Origin: Promethearchaeota archaeon
Lineage (GTDB): Archaea; Asgardarchaeota; Lokiarchaeia; Sigyniarchaeales; SOKP01
Direction of reading: 5' to 3'
NCBI GenBank assembly: GCA_016839585.1
Contig: JAEOTZ010000014.1
Coordinates: 1-64,000, forward strand
Length of the DNA: 64,000 nt
The notes under the pieces are model-generated. The model saw nothing but the letters and a program-made list of their open reading frames with translations. It did not search any database and was not told the origin of the DNA. The translations under genes and the position numbers were made by a program. Positions 20,700-30,560 of the stretch are shown here, piece after piece. Numbering within the stretch: the stretch's first letter is position 1; each line of letters begins with the position of its first letter.

Positions 20700-21361
20700 T
20701 GAGTAAAAGAGTAAAAAATGAAGATCCATTAAAAGTCGTTGGGTGTGCTAAAGGGCATTCGCATGAAGAACTGATTCGTAATCTTCCCCGTCATTATAAA
20801 TTTTCTCCTGTTCTAATCCAAAGAATTAGAGAGATTCCAGAAGTTGTTTTGCGAAATTCAGGTACTCCATTCGCAAAGAAAGTCAATCATATGATGCGAG
20901 AAGTTTCTACTGAAGCATATCGTGCAAGACAATTTACAAGGACAGAAATAAATAATCGAGGTGTGATGTTTGGAGTAGTCTTACTTAAACATCAGGTGAT
21001 AGATCTTGTTTTACAATATTTTTCTAAAAGATTTCCACAATGTATAATTTGTTTATACAATGAACACAATCATAAAACTACTATAATCGATGAAAAAGGG
21101 AAAATTCAGGAGTTTAACTCTCCACTAAAGAGTGCTGTAGAAAAAATTAGTAAAAATCGTCCTATTATTCCATACTTCGATGATATCCAATTTTCTGGTG
21201 AAGAAATCTTCGAAACCCTCTATAGTTCACAATTTATTTCTGAAAAAGAAAACAAAAGCTACTTTAAAAGGATGATTCCTAATCAGTGTTTTAAATTACC
21301 TGGGATGAGAAGTGGGGTAGAGAAACGTTTTCGAAATAGAAAGATTAATGAATATCTTTAA
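20699..21361 (+). CDS. DUF4130/TIGR03915-like partner of the radical SAM protein
   Basis: Start overlaps the rSAM stop; EAYRARQFTR, YFSKRFP, YSSQFI..N..YFKRMIP resemble DUF4130. Confidence 0.65.
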   Translation: MSKRVKNEDPLKVVGCAKGHSHEELIRNLPRHYKFSPVLIQRIREIPEVVLRNSGTPFAKKVNHMMREVSTEAYRARQFTRTEINNRGVMFGVVLLKHQVIDLVLQYFSKRFPQCIICLYNEHNHKTTIIDEKGKIQEFNSPLKSAVEKISKNRPIIPYFDDIQFSGEEIFETLYSSQFISEKENKSYFKRMIPNQCFKLPGMRSGVEKRFRNRKINEYL

Positions 21362-21363
21362 TT

Positions 21364-22140
21364 TCAAATTATTTTTATGAAGATTTCTTTAGCTTCTTGA
21401 TATGAAGAATTATCTTGCGGTAAATCTAGTAAATTTCCTCCAGTTAAGTTAATTGAACTAATTTCTTCATCATTAGAAATGAATCCTAACAATTGGACAT
21501 TCTCTTCTTTTAAATTTTCAACTTCTTTTCTTAGAATATCATTTAAATTTTTAGGAAAACGATTTCCTAATATCCAAATATTCTCAAATTTCAAATCAAC
21601 TTCTCTTGATACTTCTAAAATCCTTTTCATAGTATGAATTCCCATCTTACTTGGATCAGTTACAATTACTAAATCAGTAACATCTCTACCAGTTTTTCGA
21701 GCAAAATGTTCTAACCCAGCTGGGGAGTCTAATAATGTGATGTCATAATTTTTGGAAAGGGTATCAATTACGTTTTTAAGCACAGAATTTATATAACAAT
21801 AGCATCCTTCTCCCTCAGTTCGTCCCATTTCTAAAAGATCAAATTTATCCAATTCTATCAAAGATTTAAAAACATCACCTTCTATTATTTGGTTTTTTGG
21901 CATATCTAAAGGTAATTGCCTTTTTTGGATCTTATCCTTCAAGTCTTTCATTTTTCCGCCAATTGTATCTCGAAATCTAACCTCTTCACCAATTACATCT
22001 GCTATATTAGCGTCTGGATCAGAATCTATTACTAAAATATCAAGTTTATTTTTATTTTCTAGGAGATATTTTAATAAGAGTACCAAAGCTGTTGTTTTAC
22101 CTACACCACCCTTACCGCTAAAGGCTATGATTTTCTTCAT
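21364..22140 (-). CDS. cooC: CooC-type nickel-insertion ATPase
   Basis: GKGGVGKT, DSDPD, GEGCYC, AGLEH. Confidence 0.8.
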   Translation of the reverse strand: MKKIIAFSGKGGVGKTTALVLLLKYLLENKNKLDILVIDSDPDANIADVIGEEVRFRDTIGGKMKDLKDKIQKRQLPLDMPKNQIIEGDVFKSLIELDKFDLLEMGRTEGEGCYCYINSVLKNVIDTLSKNYDITLLDSPAGLEHFARKTGRDVTDLVIVTDPSKMGIHTMKRILEVSREVDLKFENIWILGNRFPKNLNDILRKEVENLKEENVQLLGFISNDEEISSINLTGGNLLDLPQDNSSYQEAKEIFIKII

Positions 22141-22297
22141 GAATCATTCCCATAAAATTAGTTTTTAATCTTATGTAGAGGAAATTCATTTAAGATTAAA
22201 AATTTATTATAAATAATTAAAAAGATCATGAAAATTTCTAACAAGAAATATAAATCTAATTTAGTACAGAACTAATAATTAATAAATTATTTATAAA

Positions 22298-23113
22298 TTA
22301 ACGTGATTCTTCTTGTCGGTATACCGGAACAATTTTCGAGGTGAATTCCTCCAATGTATGCGGAAATTCATCTTCACTTGAGATTTTACCTAATTCTAGC
22401 ATAATTTGTCTTGCTAATAGGTAAAATGCTAATCCTAAAGCCTTCTTTCCCCGATTATTTGCTGGAATCGCAAGATCTATGCCATCAAGAGTATCATCAG
22501 TATCAAATAGAGACACCACAGGAATTCGAGCTAATTTAGCTTCGTGTAGAATTACTTTATCTGCATGGGGATCAACAATTACTACAACACTGGCATCTTT
22601 GATATATGTATCAATAATTGGATTTGTAAGTGAACCCGGTATAAACCTCTCAGTTATAGCTCTACATCCTAAAACTTCACAGAACTTTTTCACAGGTTCT
22701 TTCCCATATCTCCTAATTGAAGTAACAATGACTCTATCACTTCCCTCTTCAACAAACTTACTTAGGAATTTTGCTGCAATTTTAAGACGCTCATCAGTTT
22801 TAGTTAAATCAATAACATACAATCCATAATTGGTTTGTCTATAAAAAAATCTTCTAGCATCTCCAGTTAATAATTTCGTGCCAATATGAATACCACAACT
22901 TAAATAAAGTTGTTTTCTTTCCTCATCTTTATCAATTATTTCTTCTTTAACTTCAATTCCTGCTTTAATATCCTCTGTATCCAATAAATCAAGTTCTTCT
23001 TCCAAATCTAAATCTTCTTCGAAATCAATCTCGAAATCTTCGTCAAAATCTTCTATTACATCATCTGTTTTTTCTTTTCCTGGTTCTTCAGTTTTCTTTT
23101 TCTTTCTAGCCAA
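22298..23113 (-). CDS. rps2: 30S ribosomal protein uS2 with acidic N-terminal extension
   Basis: GIHIGT, RFIPGSLTN, IPVVSLFDTD, IPANNRG. Confidence 0.95.
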   Translation of the reverse strand: MARKKKKTEEPGKEKTDDVIEDFDEDFEIDFEEDLDLEEELDLLDTEDIKAGIEVKEEIIDKDEERKQLYLSCGIHIGTKLLTGDARRFFYRQTNYGLYVIDLTKTDERLKIAAKFLSKFVEEGSDRVIVTSIRRYGKEPVKKFCEVLGCRAITERFIPGSLTNPIIDTYIKDASVVVIVDPHADKVILHEAKLARIPVVSLFDTDDTLDGIDLAIPANNRGKKALGLAFYLLARQIMLELGKISSEDEFPHTLEEFTSKIVPVYRQEESR

Positions 23114-23345
23114 ATTCTTAGCCTTTTTTATAATTTTCTTAAGTGAGTTTAATTAGAATTTTATTAAAATTAAGAATTTTAATGAATATTAAATTGAATA
23201 CATAATAATTTTAATATTTTATTGAAAGAAATCTTCTAAGCCATTAAGAACTAAAGTATTAATATAGTTTAAAATTTAAATTATTTATATAACCTATTTA
23301 TTTTATATTAAAGTATAAAATTAGAATCCTAATATGGTTTGAATA

Positions 23346-23834
23346 ATGGCTTCCTACCGGTTAGTTATTGGAATCATTGTTGGTATCATCCTTAGTTTTT
23401 TTACCGTCTTTTTCTTTAATATGACGGATATTATAAATCAAATAAAACTATACACTGAATCTAATACGATAAAAGCGGCTGCTTTATTAGTTGGTGCTAA
23501 TTTTAATTTTGATATGATTTCATTTTTCACAGGTACACCTACAATTCTAGGATTCTTTGCTCCGGAACTTTTAGCATGGATTTTTATAGGTTTTATAAGT
23601 GGAACTATATCCAAAGGTTTAAGGAGAGGTATTATAGCGGGTTTATTAGTTGTTGTTATAGCCTTGTTAATCTGGATTTTATTAAGTATAATTTCTGGAG
23701 AAGATTTAATGGCTTTATTCCAAGGAAATCAATTAATAGAAACTTTAGGAGGAATTTTTAGCGCAATTTTAGGAGCACTTATAGGAGGTTTATTTGGTGG
23801 ATTAGTAAGTGGTCCATATGAAGAATTTTATTAA
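23346..23834 (+). CDS. Gly-rich polytopic hypothetical membrane protein
   Basis: Four hydrophobic segments with GxxxG repeats. Confidence 0.6.
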   Translation: MASYRLVIGIIVGIILSFFTVFFFNMTDIINQIKLYTESNTIKAAALLVGANFNFDMISFFTGTPTILGFFAPELLAWIFIGFISGTISKGLRRGIIAGLLVVVIALLIWILLSIISGEDLMALFQGNQLIETLGGIFSAILGALIGGLFGGLVSGPYEEFY

Positions 23835-24016
23835 TTCCCTAACAATTTCACTTTATCAATTTTTCTTAATTATTGAAGTTCTAACTCGCTTAAAATTGTA
23901 ATTAAATTATTGAATTGAGTAGAATTAGTATCTTATGATAACAGTAGAGATATACTGATTTGTTCATATTTGTTAATAACTAAAACTTAAAGTTAATTTT
24001 TAATTTATAATTAGTA

Positions 24017-24553
24017 ATGGGAAAGAAAGAAGAAATTATACCAGATCGGGAATTTGCTTTAGATTTACTTAGAAGGCTGAAAATTCCACTTTCAGTTAGA
24101 CGCCATTCTGAAAAGGTTGCTGACAAAGCTTTAGAAATTGCAGAAAAAATAACCAAAACCAATGTTGATAAAAATCTGATTGAAATTGGTGGGCTTTTAC
24201 ATGATGTTGGAAGAACAAAAACGCATGGATTTAGACACGCATTAATAGGGGGTAAAATTTTAAGAGAAAGAGGTTTTTCAATTAAGCTCGCTAGGATTTG
24301 TGAGACACACATTTTAGGAGGATTAGATAAAGAAGATGCTAAACGAGTTGGATTACCTGAAAAAGATTATTTACCAAAAACACTTGAAGAAAAAATTATT
24401 TGTTTAGCAGATAAGCAAATGGCTGGAACTAGGGAGGTAACGATTAAAGAGAGATTTGATAGATGGTTCCAAAAATATGGAAGAAGTAGAATTTTATTAA
24501 AATCAAAGAAAAGAATAGAACAGATTCAACAAGAGATTGAAAGTTTAATGTAG
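24017..24553 (+). CDS. HD-domain (HDIG-like) protein
   Basis: RRHS, LLHDVGR, ETHILGG, LEEKIICLADK. Confidence 0.85.
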   Translation: MGKKEEIIPDREFALDLLRRLKIPLSVRRHSEKVADKALEIAEKITKTNVDKNLIEIGGLLHDVGRTKTHGFRHALIGGKILRERGFSIKLARICETHILGGLDKEDAKRVGLPEKDYLPKTLEEKIICLADKQMAGTREVTIKERFDRWFQKYGRSRILLKSKKRIEQIQQEIESLM

Positions 24554-24606
24554 GGATTTTAAGGAGATTTCAATGATCTAATAATCTTTTTTCTAAATTA
24601 TATAAC

Positions 24607-25896
24607 TTATATAGTATCACAAATCAATTCTTGATTTTTGCATAATACTTGAAAATCCTTATCTAGCATCAGAATTGCTTCTTGAATTATTACACATGTT
24701 TCTAATAATTTTTGAGGATCAACTTTGTCAGGAGTATCCTCTTTATTATGAGCATATTTACTAGCTATTCTGGTAGTAATGTCTACAGAATCGTATCCTC
24801 TTAAATGAAAAGCGACTGAATCTGAATGAGCACCACTAGATAAGTGAAATCCTAAAATTTTTAAATTTTTTTTATTTGAAGCTTTATCTAAATATTTACT
24901 TAATAATGGCGCAATTTTTTTACGAGGTAGAACCCCATAGGATTTCAGATACTGAATTTGATTTTTTTTATGATTAGCACAGGAAATCATATCAAAATTA
25001 AATTGAAAAATTCTTCCTTTTATAAATTGATTTTCATATTTATTTACGAAAACTCTTGAACCCATTGTCCCTAATTCTTCAGCTGAAAATTGACAAAACC
25101 ATAAATTGAAATTTTCAAGAGGGTGGTTTTTAAAGTAATTACTTAATTCAAATACGATAGCCATTCCAGAAGCATTGTCAAGAGCACCTGGTGATTTGTT
25201 ATGGGTATTTAGGAACATTAAGAAGATATTTGAAATTGAAATTAAAGTAGTAAATGTCCAAATACCAATTATTATAATTAATAGATCAGGATTTAGAATG
25301 GTAAAAGTGCGAATGAATAAAGCAATTAAAAATCCTCCTAAGAAAATTCCACTATATAACCAAACTTTATATAAAAACACTCTCCAATACGTTCGAAAAG
25401 TTTGAGATTTAGAATCTAAATGAGCAGAAATTATAATATTTCCAGCGCTTTCACTTTGAAGGTTCTTAGCTGGTAATTTAACATAAACATTAGTTGCATT
25501 ATGTGTCTCTCCATAATATTCATCCCAGAATCCGGGATATTCAGGGTGTCTTAATCCTTTTATAATTAAGAAAACAAGTAGAGAAAAAGCACCTACTACT
25601 AAAATTGTAATATAAATATTGATATAGATAAACATTAAAAGGAATAGTGAAAAAGTTAAGTTGATAACCATTATCAATTTAATGAGTGTTGTAGAGTAAA
25701 AGTCAGAAAAATCGAAATTTTGGGTTTGAATTTGAGAATCTTCAAAGCCAATATTTTTAAAGGTTTTAATTGCTAAATCAACAGCTTTTTTTTCTCCTTC
25801 AGTTCCAGCTAAACGAGGAAAACTAAATTTCTTTACATAATTAATAATTTTTTCTTTATTAAATGAATATATTTGAGTTGGTTTTCCCAGATTCAA
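24607..25896 (-). CDS. M28-family metallopeptidase with inserted TM hairpins (paralog of 14001..15155)
   Basis: FSFPRLAGT, AHLDSKSQ, GALDNASG, AEELG, HSD. Confidence 0.75.
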   Translation of the reverse strand: MNLGKPTQIYSFNKEKIINYVKKFSFPRLAGTEGEKKAVDLAIKTFKNIGFEDSQIQTQNFDFSDFYSTTLIKLIMVINLTFSLFLLMFIYINIYITILVVGAFSLLVFLIIKGLRHPEYPGFWDEYYGETHNATNVYVKLPAKNLQSESAGNIIISAHLDSKSQTFRTYWRVFLYKVWLYSGIFLGGFLIALFIRTFTILNPDLLIIIIGIWTFTTLISISNIFLMFLNTHNKSPGALDNASGMAIVFELSNYFKNHPLENFNLWFCQFSAEELGTMGSRVFVNKYENQFIKGRIFQFNFDMISCANHKKNQIQYLKSYGVLPRKKIAPLLSKYLDKASNKKNLKILGFHLSSGAHSDSVAFHLRGYDSVDITTRIASKYAHNKEDTPDKVDPQKLLETCVIIQEAILMLDKDFQVLCKNQELICDTI

Positions 25897-25999
25897 TTTT
25901 TTCTAAATATGTGTTTTGTAATTTATGATTTTACAGTTCCATTCTTTGAAATAATTATATAAATTTATGTCTTATTATTTAAATTTATAATCATATCTG

Positions 26000-26596
26000 C
26001 TAACCTAATTTAGCCATTACAATGTTCTGAATTTTTTCTTGAACAAGTTCTATGATATCATCAGTATTAACTATATAATAACCCTCTAGTTCAGCACGAG
26101 TAAGATAGAGATGTCTAACTTTATTTAGAAATTCTAAATCTTCAAATTTTTCTAAAGTCTTGTCAGATTTTCGTGCTAAGGCAATTTTAGGATCTATATC
26201 TAAGATAATAGTTAAGTTAGGTTTACCAACAAATTTATTTATTTTTTTAATCCAGTCAACAGTAATTTTTTCAGATTGAACTGATTGGTATATTATAGAT
26301 GATTCAATGTATCGATCAGATATTACAATATAACCTTCTTCTAGTTTATTTTTGATCTCACCATGATAATGAAGATCTCTATCAGCAGCAAATAATAGCG
26401 CATCTGTTGTAGCCGGAATATCTTTATTTTTTAAATATTCTCTTAAAAGAATCCCAATTTTATTCCCTGAGGGTTCTTGAGTTAAATGGACTTTAAAACC
26501 TTTACTTTCAAGAAAACCTTTCAGGAGGTGACTATGGGTTGTAGTTCCAGCTCCATCTCCTCCATCTAGAACAATAAATAAGGAATTATATTTCAA
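26000..26596 (-). CDS. tmk: Thymidylate kinase
   Basis: GGDGAGTTT P-loop, QEP, LLFAADR, SDRY..SS..YQ. Confidence 0.9.
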   Translation of the reverse strand: MKYNSLFIVLDGGDGAGTTTHSHLLKGFLESKGFKVHLTQEPSGNKIGILLREYLKNKDIPATTDALLFAADRDLHYHGEIKNKLEEGYIVISDRYIESSIIYQSVQSEKITVDWIKKINKFVGKPNLTIILDIDPKIALARKSDKTLEKFEDLEFLNKVRHLYLTRAELEGYYIVNTDDIIELVQEKIQNIVMAKLG

Positions 26597-26793
26597 TGTG
26601 ATACAAAACGGTAAGTTAGTAGAAAAATCTATAGTATTAAAAATTATGTAGGTTATTAATCAATAAAAGCTTATTTATTTCAAGTCGAATATATCAATTT
26701 AATTATTTTTTTAATTGATAAATCCTATATGTAGTTAGTATTTATTTACAAAATTTCCAATAAAATTAAAAAGAGTAAATTTTCTTAATTAAG

Positions 26794-27204
26794 ATGAGAA
26801 ATATGGGTAAAAAAAAACCTTACGCATATTGTACTAGTTGTGAAAAAGAAATTTCCAAGCCTAAAAGGAAATCCATGGATCGCATGTATTATACAGTTTG
26901 GATCCTTATAATCATAGCTTCAATAGGTTTTGCAATAATCCCTCTACTTATCTATCAATTTATTATTAAAAAGAAGATCTTTTGTCCTCAGTGTGATTCT
27001 ATATTAGTATTTTATAGCACTCCTGAAGAATCACCCGCACCAAAAACACAAATTGAGCGAATACTTAAGACAATTGAAACAGAAAAAAAAGAAAAGGAAG
27101 AAGGTGAAACAGATGAAGATTATATGTTTTGCCCATTTTGCCAAAAAGAAATTACAAAGCAAGCAGAATTTTGTCCAGAATGTGGAGTTAATCTTAAGGA
27201 ATAA
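26794..27204 (+). CDS. LITAF-like zinc-ribbon membrane protein with C-terminal zinc ribbon (copy 1)
   Basis: CTSC - hydrophobic hairpin - CPQC; C-terminal CPFC...CPEC. Confidence 0.65.
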   Translation: MRNMGKKKPYAYCTSCEKEISKPKRKSMDRMYYTVWILIIIASIGFAIIPLLIYQFIIKKKIFCPQCDSILVFYSTPEESPAPKTQIERILKTIETEKKEKEEGETDEDYMFCPFCQKEITKQAEFCPECGVNLKE

Positions 27205-27290
27205 AAGTATATAAGAATGTAAATATTCACTAGTTTAGATTCATATATCTAATAAGCAAGAAAAATAAGAAAATTTCAATGAATTAAGAT

Positions 27291-27704
27291 ATGACAACAA
27301 CAAATCCAACAGGATATTGTCCTCATTGCCAGCAGAATGTATTATTAACTCGAGAAGATATTGATGTTTGTTTAGCTATAATTTTACTAATTTTTACAGC
27401 TGGAATAGGCTTAATTATTTACCTTGCGATTTATTATAGTAGGGCAGAAGATAAATGTGTACATTGTGGGACACGTATAACTGCCCTACAACCACAACCA
27501 GTTGGTCAAATTCCATATCAACAAAAAGTTCAACAAAATCCATATACGTATCAAACTCAACCTACTCAAGAATATACAACTACTAGTGATGTTGAGGAAT
27601 TTAAAGGAGAGAGACCATTATTTTGTGTATATTGTGGAGAAAAATTAGCCGTTGAAGGGATAAAATTCTGCCCTAATTGTGGAAATAAAGTAGAAGAGAA
27701 TTAA
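27291..27704 (+). CDS. LITAF-like zinc-ribbon membrane protein (copy 2)
   Basis: CPHC - AIILLIFTAGIGLIIYLAIYY - CVHC; Q/P/Y-rich linker; CVYC...CPNC. Confidence 0.7.
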   Translation: MTTTNPTGYCPHCQQNVLLTREDIDVCLAIILLIFTAGIGLIIYLAIYYSRAEDKCVHCGTRITALQPQPVGQIPYQQKVQQNPYTYQTQPTQEYTTTSDVEEFKGERPLFCVYCGEKLAVEGIKFCPNCGNKVEEN

Positions 27705-27707
27705 GAT

Positions 27708-28082
27708 ATGACGAAAAAAAGTCCCATTGGTTATTGTCCTTATTGTAAAACGAATGTAAATCTAAAAAGAGAAGGAATAAATATACCCTTAGCTATACTT
27801 TTAGGAATATTTACCGGTGGAATTGGTTTATTAATTTATCTTGCCATATATTACAATCGAGCAGAAGATAGATGCATAAATTGTCGAAACCGTATTTTCC
27901 CATTACAAACACAAGTGAATTCATCTACTTATCAAGCTCAATCTAAATTAACAACAACTCAAGAGAAAATTGAGGAAGTAAGAGGAGATAAATTATTTTA
28001 TTGCACATTTTGCGGAGAAAAGTTAGATGAGAGAAATATAGAGTTTTGTTCTAATTGTGGAGGCAGAGTTGAATTAAAATAA
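27708..28082 (+). CDS. LITAF-like zinc-ribbon membrane protein (copy 3)
   Basis: CPYC - AILLGIFTGGIGLLIYLAIYY - CINC; CTFC...CSNC. Confidence 0.7.
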   Translation: MTKKSPIGYCPYCKTNVNLKREGINIPLAILLGIFTGGIGLLIYLAIYYNRAEDRCINCRNRIFPLQTQVNSSTYQAQSKLTTTQEKIEEVRGDKLFYCTFCGEKLDERNIEFCSNCGGRVELK

Positions 28083-28282
28083 ATAATCTTTGACCTCATT
28101 GATAAAAAATGCAATATTTCAATGTATAAATAAAGCCTTTAATTTATTGGAGAGCTTTTTATATTTCTACAATTAAATCTAATTTCTCTCGTTTTATATA
28201 TAAAAATTGGACTAAAGATCATTTTAGTATGGTTTTAACTAGTTTTTAATTAAAGCCTAAAAAATAATTTGGAGGAAAAAAA

Positions 28283-28654
28283 ATGTCGACAATGTATTGT
28301 CCTAATTGTAATATGAACGTACTTACATCAAAAGATAATCTTAATATACCTTTAGCAATACTTTTAGCAATATTTACTGGTGGTATTGGTTTATTAATTT
28401 ACCTTGCGATTTGGTATTCTAAAGATGATAGATGTGTTCATTGTAAATCTGTTTGTCAGCCATCATTAAACAATAATCAATCAGGTTCAAATTATCAATT
28501 ACAAAATCAAACTTATCAAGTCCAAGAATATACCCCATTGCAGCAAAAACAATCTGTTGATGTTAAATCAAAATTCTGTTATAATTGTGGCAGTAAAATA
28601 GCAGATCGAGAAAGTGCTAAGTATTGCCCTTATTGTGGGTCAGGTACCGATTAA
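28283..28654 (+). CDS. LITAF-like zinc-ribbon membrane protein (copy 4)
   Basis: CPNC - AILLAIFTGGIGLLIYLAIWY - CVHC; Q/N-rich linker; CYNC...CPYC. Confidence 0.7.
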   Translation: MSTMYCPNCNMNVLTSKDNLNIPLAILLAIFTGGIGLLIYLAIWYSKDDRCVHCKSVCQPSLNNNQSGSNYQLQNQTYQVQEYTPLQQKQSVDVKSKFCYNCGSKIADRESAKYCPYCGSGTD

Positions 28655-28669
28655 GTTTTAAATATAAAT

Positions 28670-29584
28670 TTATTTTTCTATTTTATTTTTTTTTAGAATT
28701 TTCATAAATTCGTAGAAATATTTATAGGCATCATTAAAGTGATAATCCTCTTTTGAATATTCTAACCCTTCACTAAAAATTTTATAGAACCCTTTTTTAT
28801 CTTTATTTTTTATAATGTTTTTATATTCTTTTATTAGATTTTCAAACAAATCTAATACTTTATGAAACTCATTGTTTTCAATTTGAATATCACCAAACAT
28901 TTCCATTTCCCTTTGAATGATACTTTCAGCAAAAACTTTTTGTAAAAGAAAAGTCGTTCCTGTGTATTTTGTTAACTCTGATAATGTTTCATTTGTTCTT
29001 CTTAATAGGTTTAAAAATAAGATATTAAACATATGTGGGACTCCTAAAGTTAAAGCAATCTTTAAATCATGAAGTTCATATGCAATCTCAGTAATGATTA
29101 ACCCAGAAATTTCAAAAATTCTCAGAAATTCACTCAGAATTTCATTATATTGTTCTGTTCCTCCAACTTTTAGGGCTAATAAAACATAGTTTTTCATATT
29201 TTCAATAGCAGGACCGAACATAGGATGAAGTGATAAACAGTTTATTGGATATTTTTCTTGAACTTCATAAAGAGCCCTATACGTCTCACTTTTTAAAGAA
29301 CAAATATCAAAAATTAGTGAATTTTCCTTTAAAAATGGAGCAATATTTTTAATCATTTTTGGAGTAGATTGTATAGGAATTGAAACCATTACAATATCAG
29401 CATTATCAACACTTTTTTTGAGATCTAATTCGTAATTAACTTCTAATTCTTCAGCAGTTTGTTTTAATCGATCCTCATTTCGAGCAAATAGTGTAATTTC
29501 AAACCCATGGCTCTTAAAAAGTTTTCCAAAAATTTTACCCATACCACCAGAGCCACCAATAATAGTAAGTTTTTTTCCTAACAT
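28670..29584 (-). CDS. tyrA: Prephenate dehydrogenase
   Basis: IIGGSGGMG, DICSLK, LHPMFGP, HD..IA...GVPH. Confidence 0.88.
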   Translation of the reverse strand: MLGKKLTIIGGSGGMGKIFGKLFKSHGFEITLFARNEDRLKQTAEELEVNYELDLKKSVDNADIVMVSIPIQSTPKMIKNIAPFLKENSLIFDICSLKSETYRALYEVQEKYPINCLSLHPMFGPAIENMKNYVLLALKVGGTEQYNEILSEFLRIFEISGLIITEIAYELHDLKIALTLGVPHMFNILFLNLLRRTNETLSELTKYTGTTFLLQKVFAESIIQREMEMFGDIQIENNEFHKVLDLFENLIKEYKNIIKNKDKKGFYKIFSEGLEYSKEDYHFNDAYKYFYEFMKILKKNKIEK

Positions 29585-30453
29585 TATTTTTTCCCCAAAA
29601 ATTCTATAATTTTATTTTTCATTAAGTTGATATTCGGTTTTTTATTTGTCCACCATTCAAAAGCTAATGCACCTTGATTTACAAGCATATCTAAACCTCC
29701 AAGAGTTCTACATCCTATTACTTTTGCATCCTTTATTAATTGAGTTTCTAGAGGATTATAAATTAAATCGAAAACAAATAATTGATTATGCAAAATTTCC
29801 TTTTCAATTGGAGATTTGTTGATTAGTGGATACATACCTACCGGTGTTGCATTAATTAATATATCAGTTGTTTTGATCTCTCTCCTTAAAGTGATTTCAC
29901 TATTGTTTGTTCCTTCTGCGTTAACTTTAATCATTTTCTTTAATTCCATTGCTAACTTTTTTGCTCGAACTTCTGTTCTATTCGTTATCACAATTTTATT
30001 AGCATCTTTTGCTAAAGTATAGCAAATAGCTTTAGCTACCCCCCCTGCTCCTAGTATTAAGATATTTTTTCCCTTGATTTCACACCCAGCATCTAAAATT
30101 GCTTTTCTACTCCCTTCTGCATCAGTGTTTTTCCCTATTAAAACACCATCTTCATTCTTTATAGTGTTTATTGCTCCAATTTTATTTGCAATGCCATCTA
30201 TTTCATCTAAAAATCTAATAATTATTTCCTTAAGTGGGATAGTAACACTTATTCCTTTTACGTTTAGTGCTTTAAATCCTTTTACTGCTTCTTTAAGTCT
30301 ATTAGGGGGCACATCGAAAGCCATATATGCATAATCTAATTCAAGATCTTGTAAAACCGCATTGTGCATAATAGGACTCATACTATGCTCAATCGGGTGT
30401 CCAATAATACATAAAATTTTAGTTTGTGCTGTTATAGAATTTCTAATTGACAT
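29584..30453 (-). CDS. aroE: Shikimate dehydrogenase
   Basis: GHPIEHSMSP.MHN, GAINT, NTD, GAGG, NATPVGM, MLVNQG. Confidence 0.95.
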   Translation of the reverse strand: MSIRNSITAQTKILCIIGHPIEHSMSPIMHNAVLQDLELDYAYMAFDVPPNRLKEAVKGFKALNVKGISVTIPLKEIIIRFLDEIDGIANKIGAINTIKNEDGVLIGKNTDAEGSRKAILDAGCEIKGKNILILGAGGVAKAICYTLAKDANKIVITNRTEVRAKKLAMELKKMIKVNAEGTNNSEITLRREIKTTDILINATPVGMYPLINKSPIEKEILHNQLFVFDLIYNPLETQLIKDAKVIGCRTLGGLDMLVNQGALAFEWWTNKKPNINLMKNKIIEFLGKK

Positions 30454-30560
30454 TTTTTAGATTAAATTGATAAATTTAAAACTAATAATATGTTTAAGAA
30501 GAAAAATAATTTATTAATATTTAGCTAATAACAAGAAAAAGAAATAAGGAAAATGAAAAG

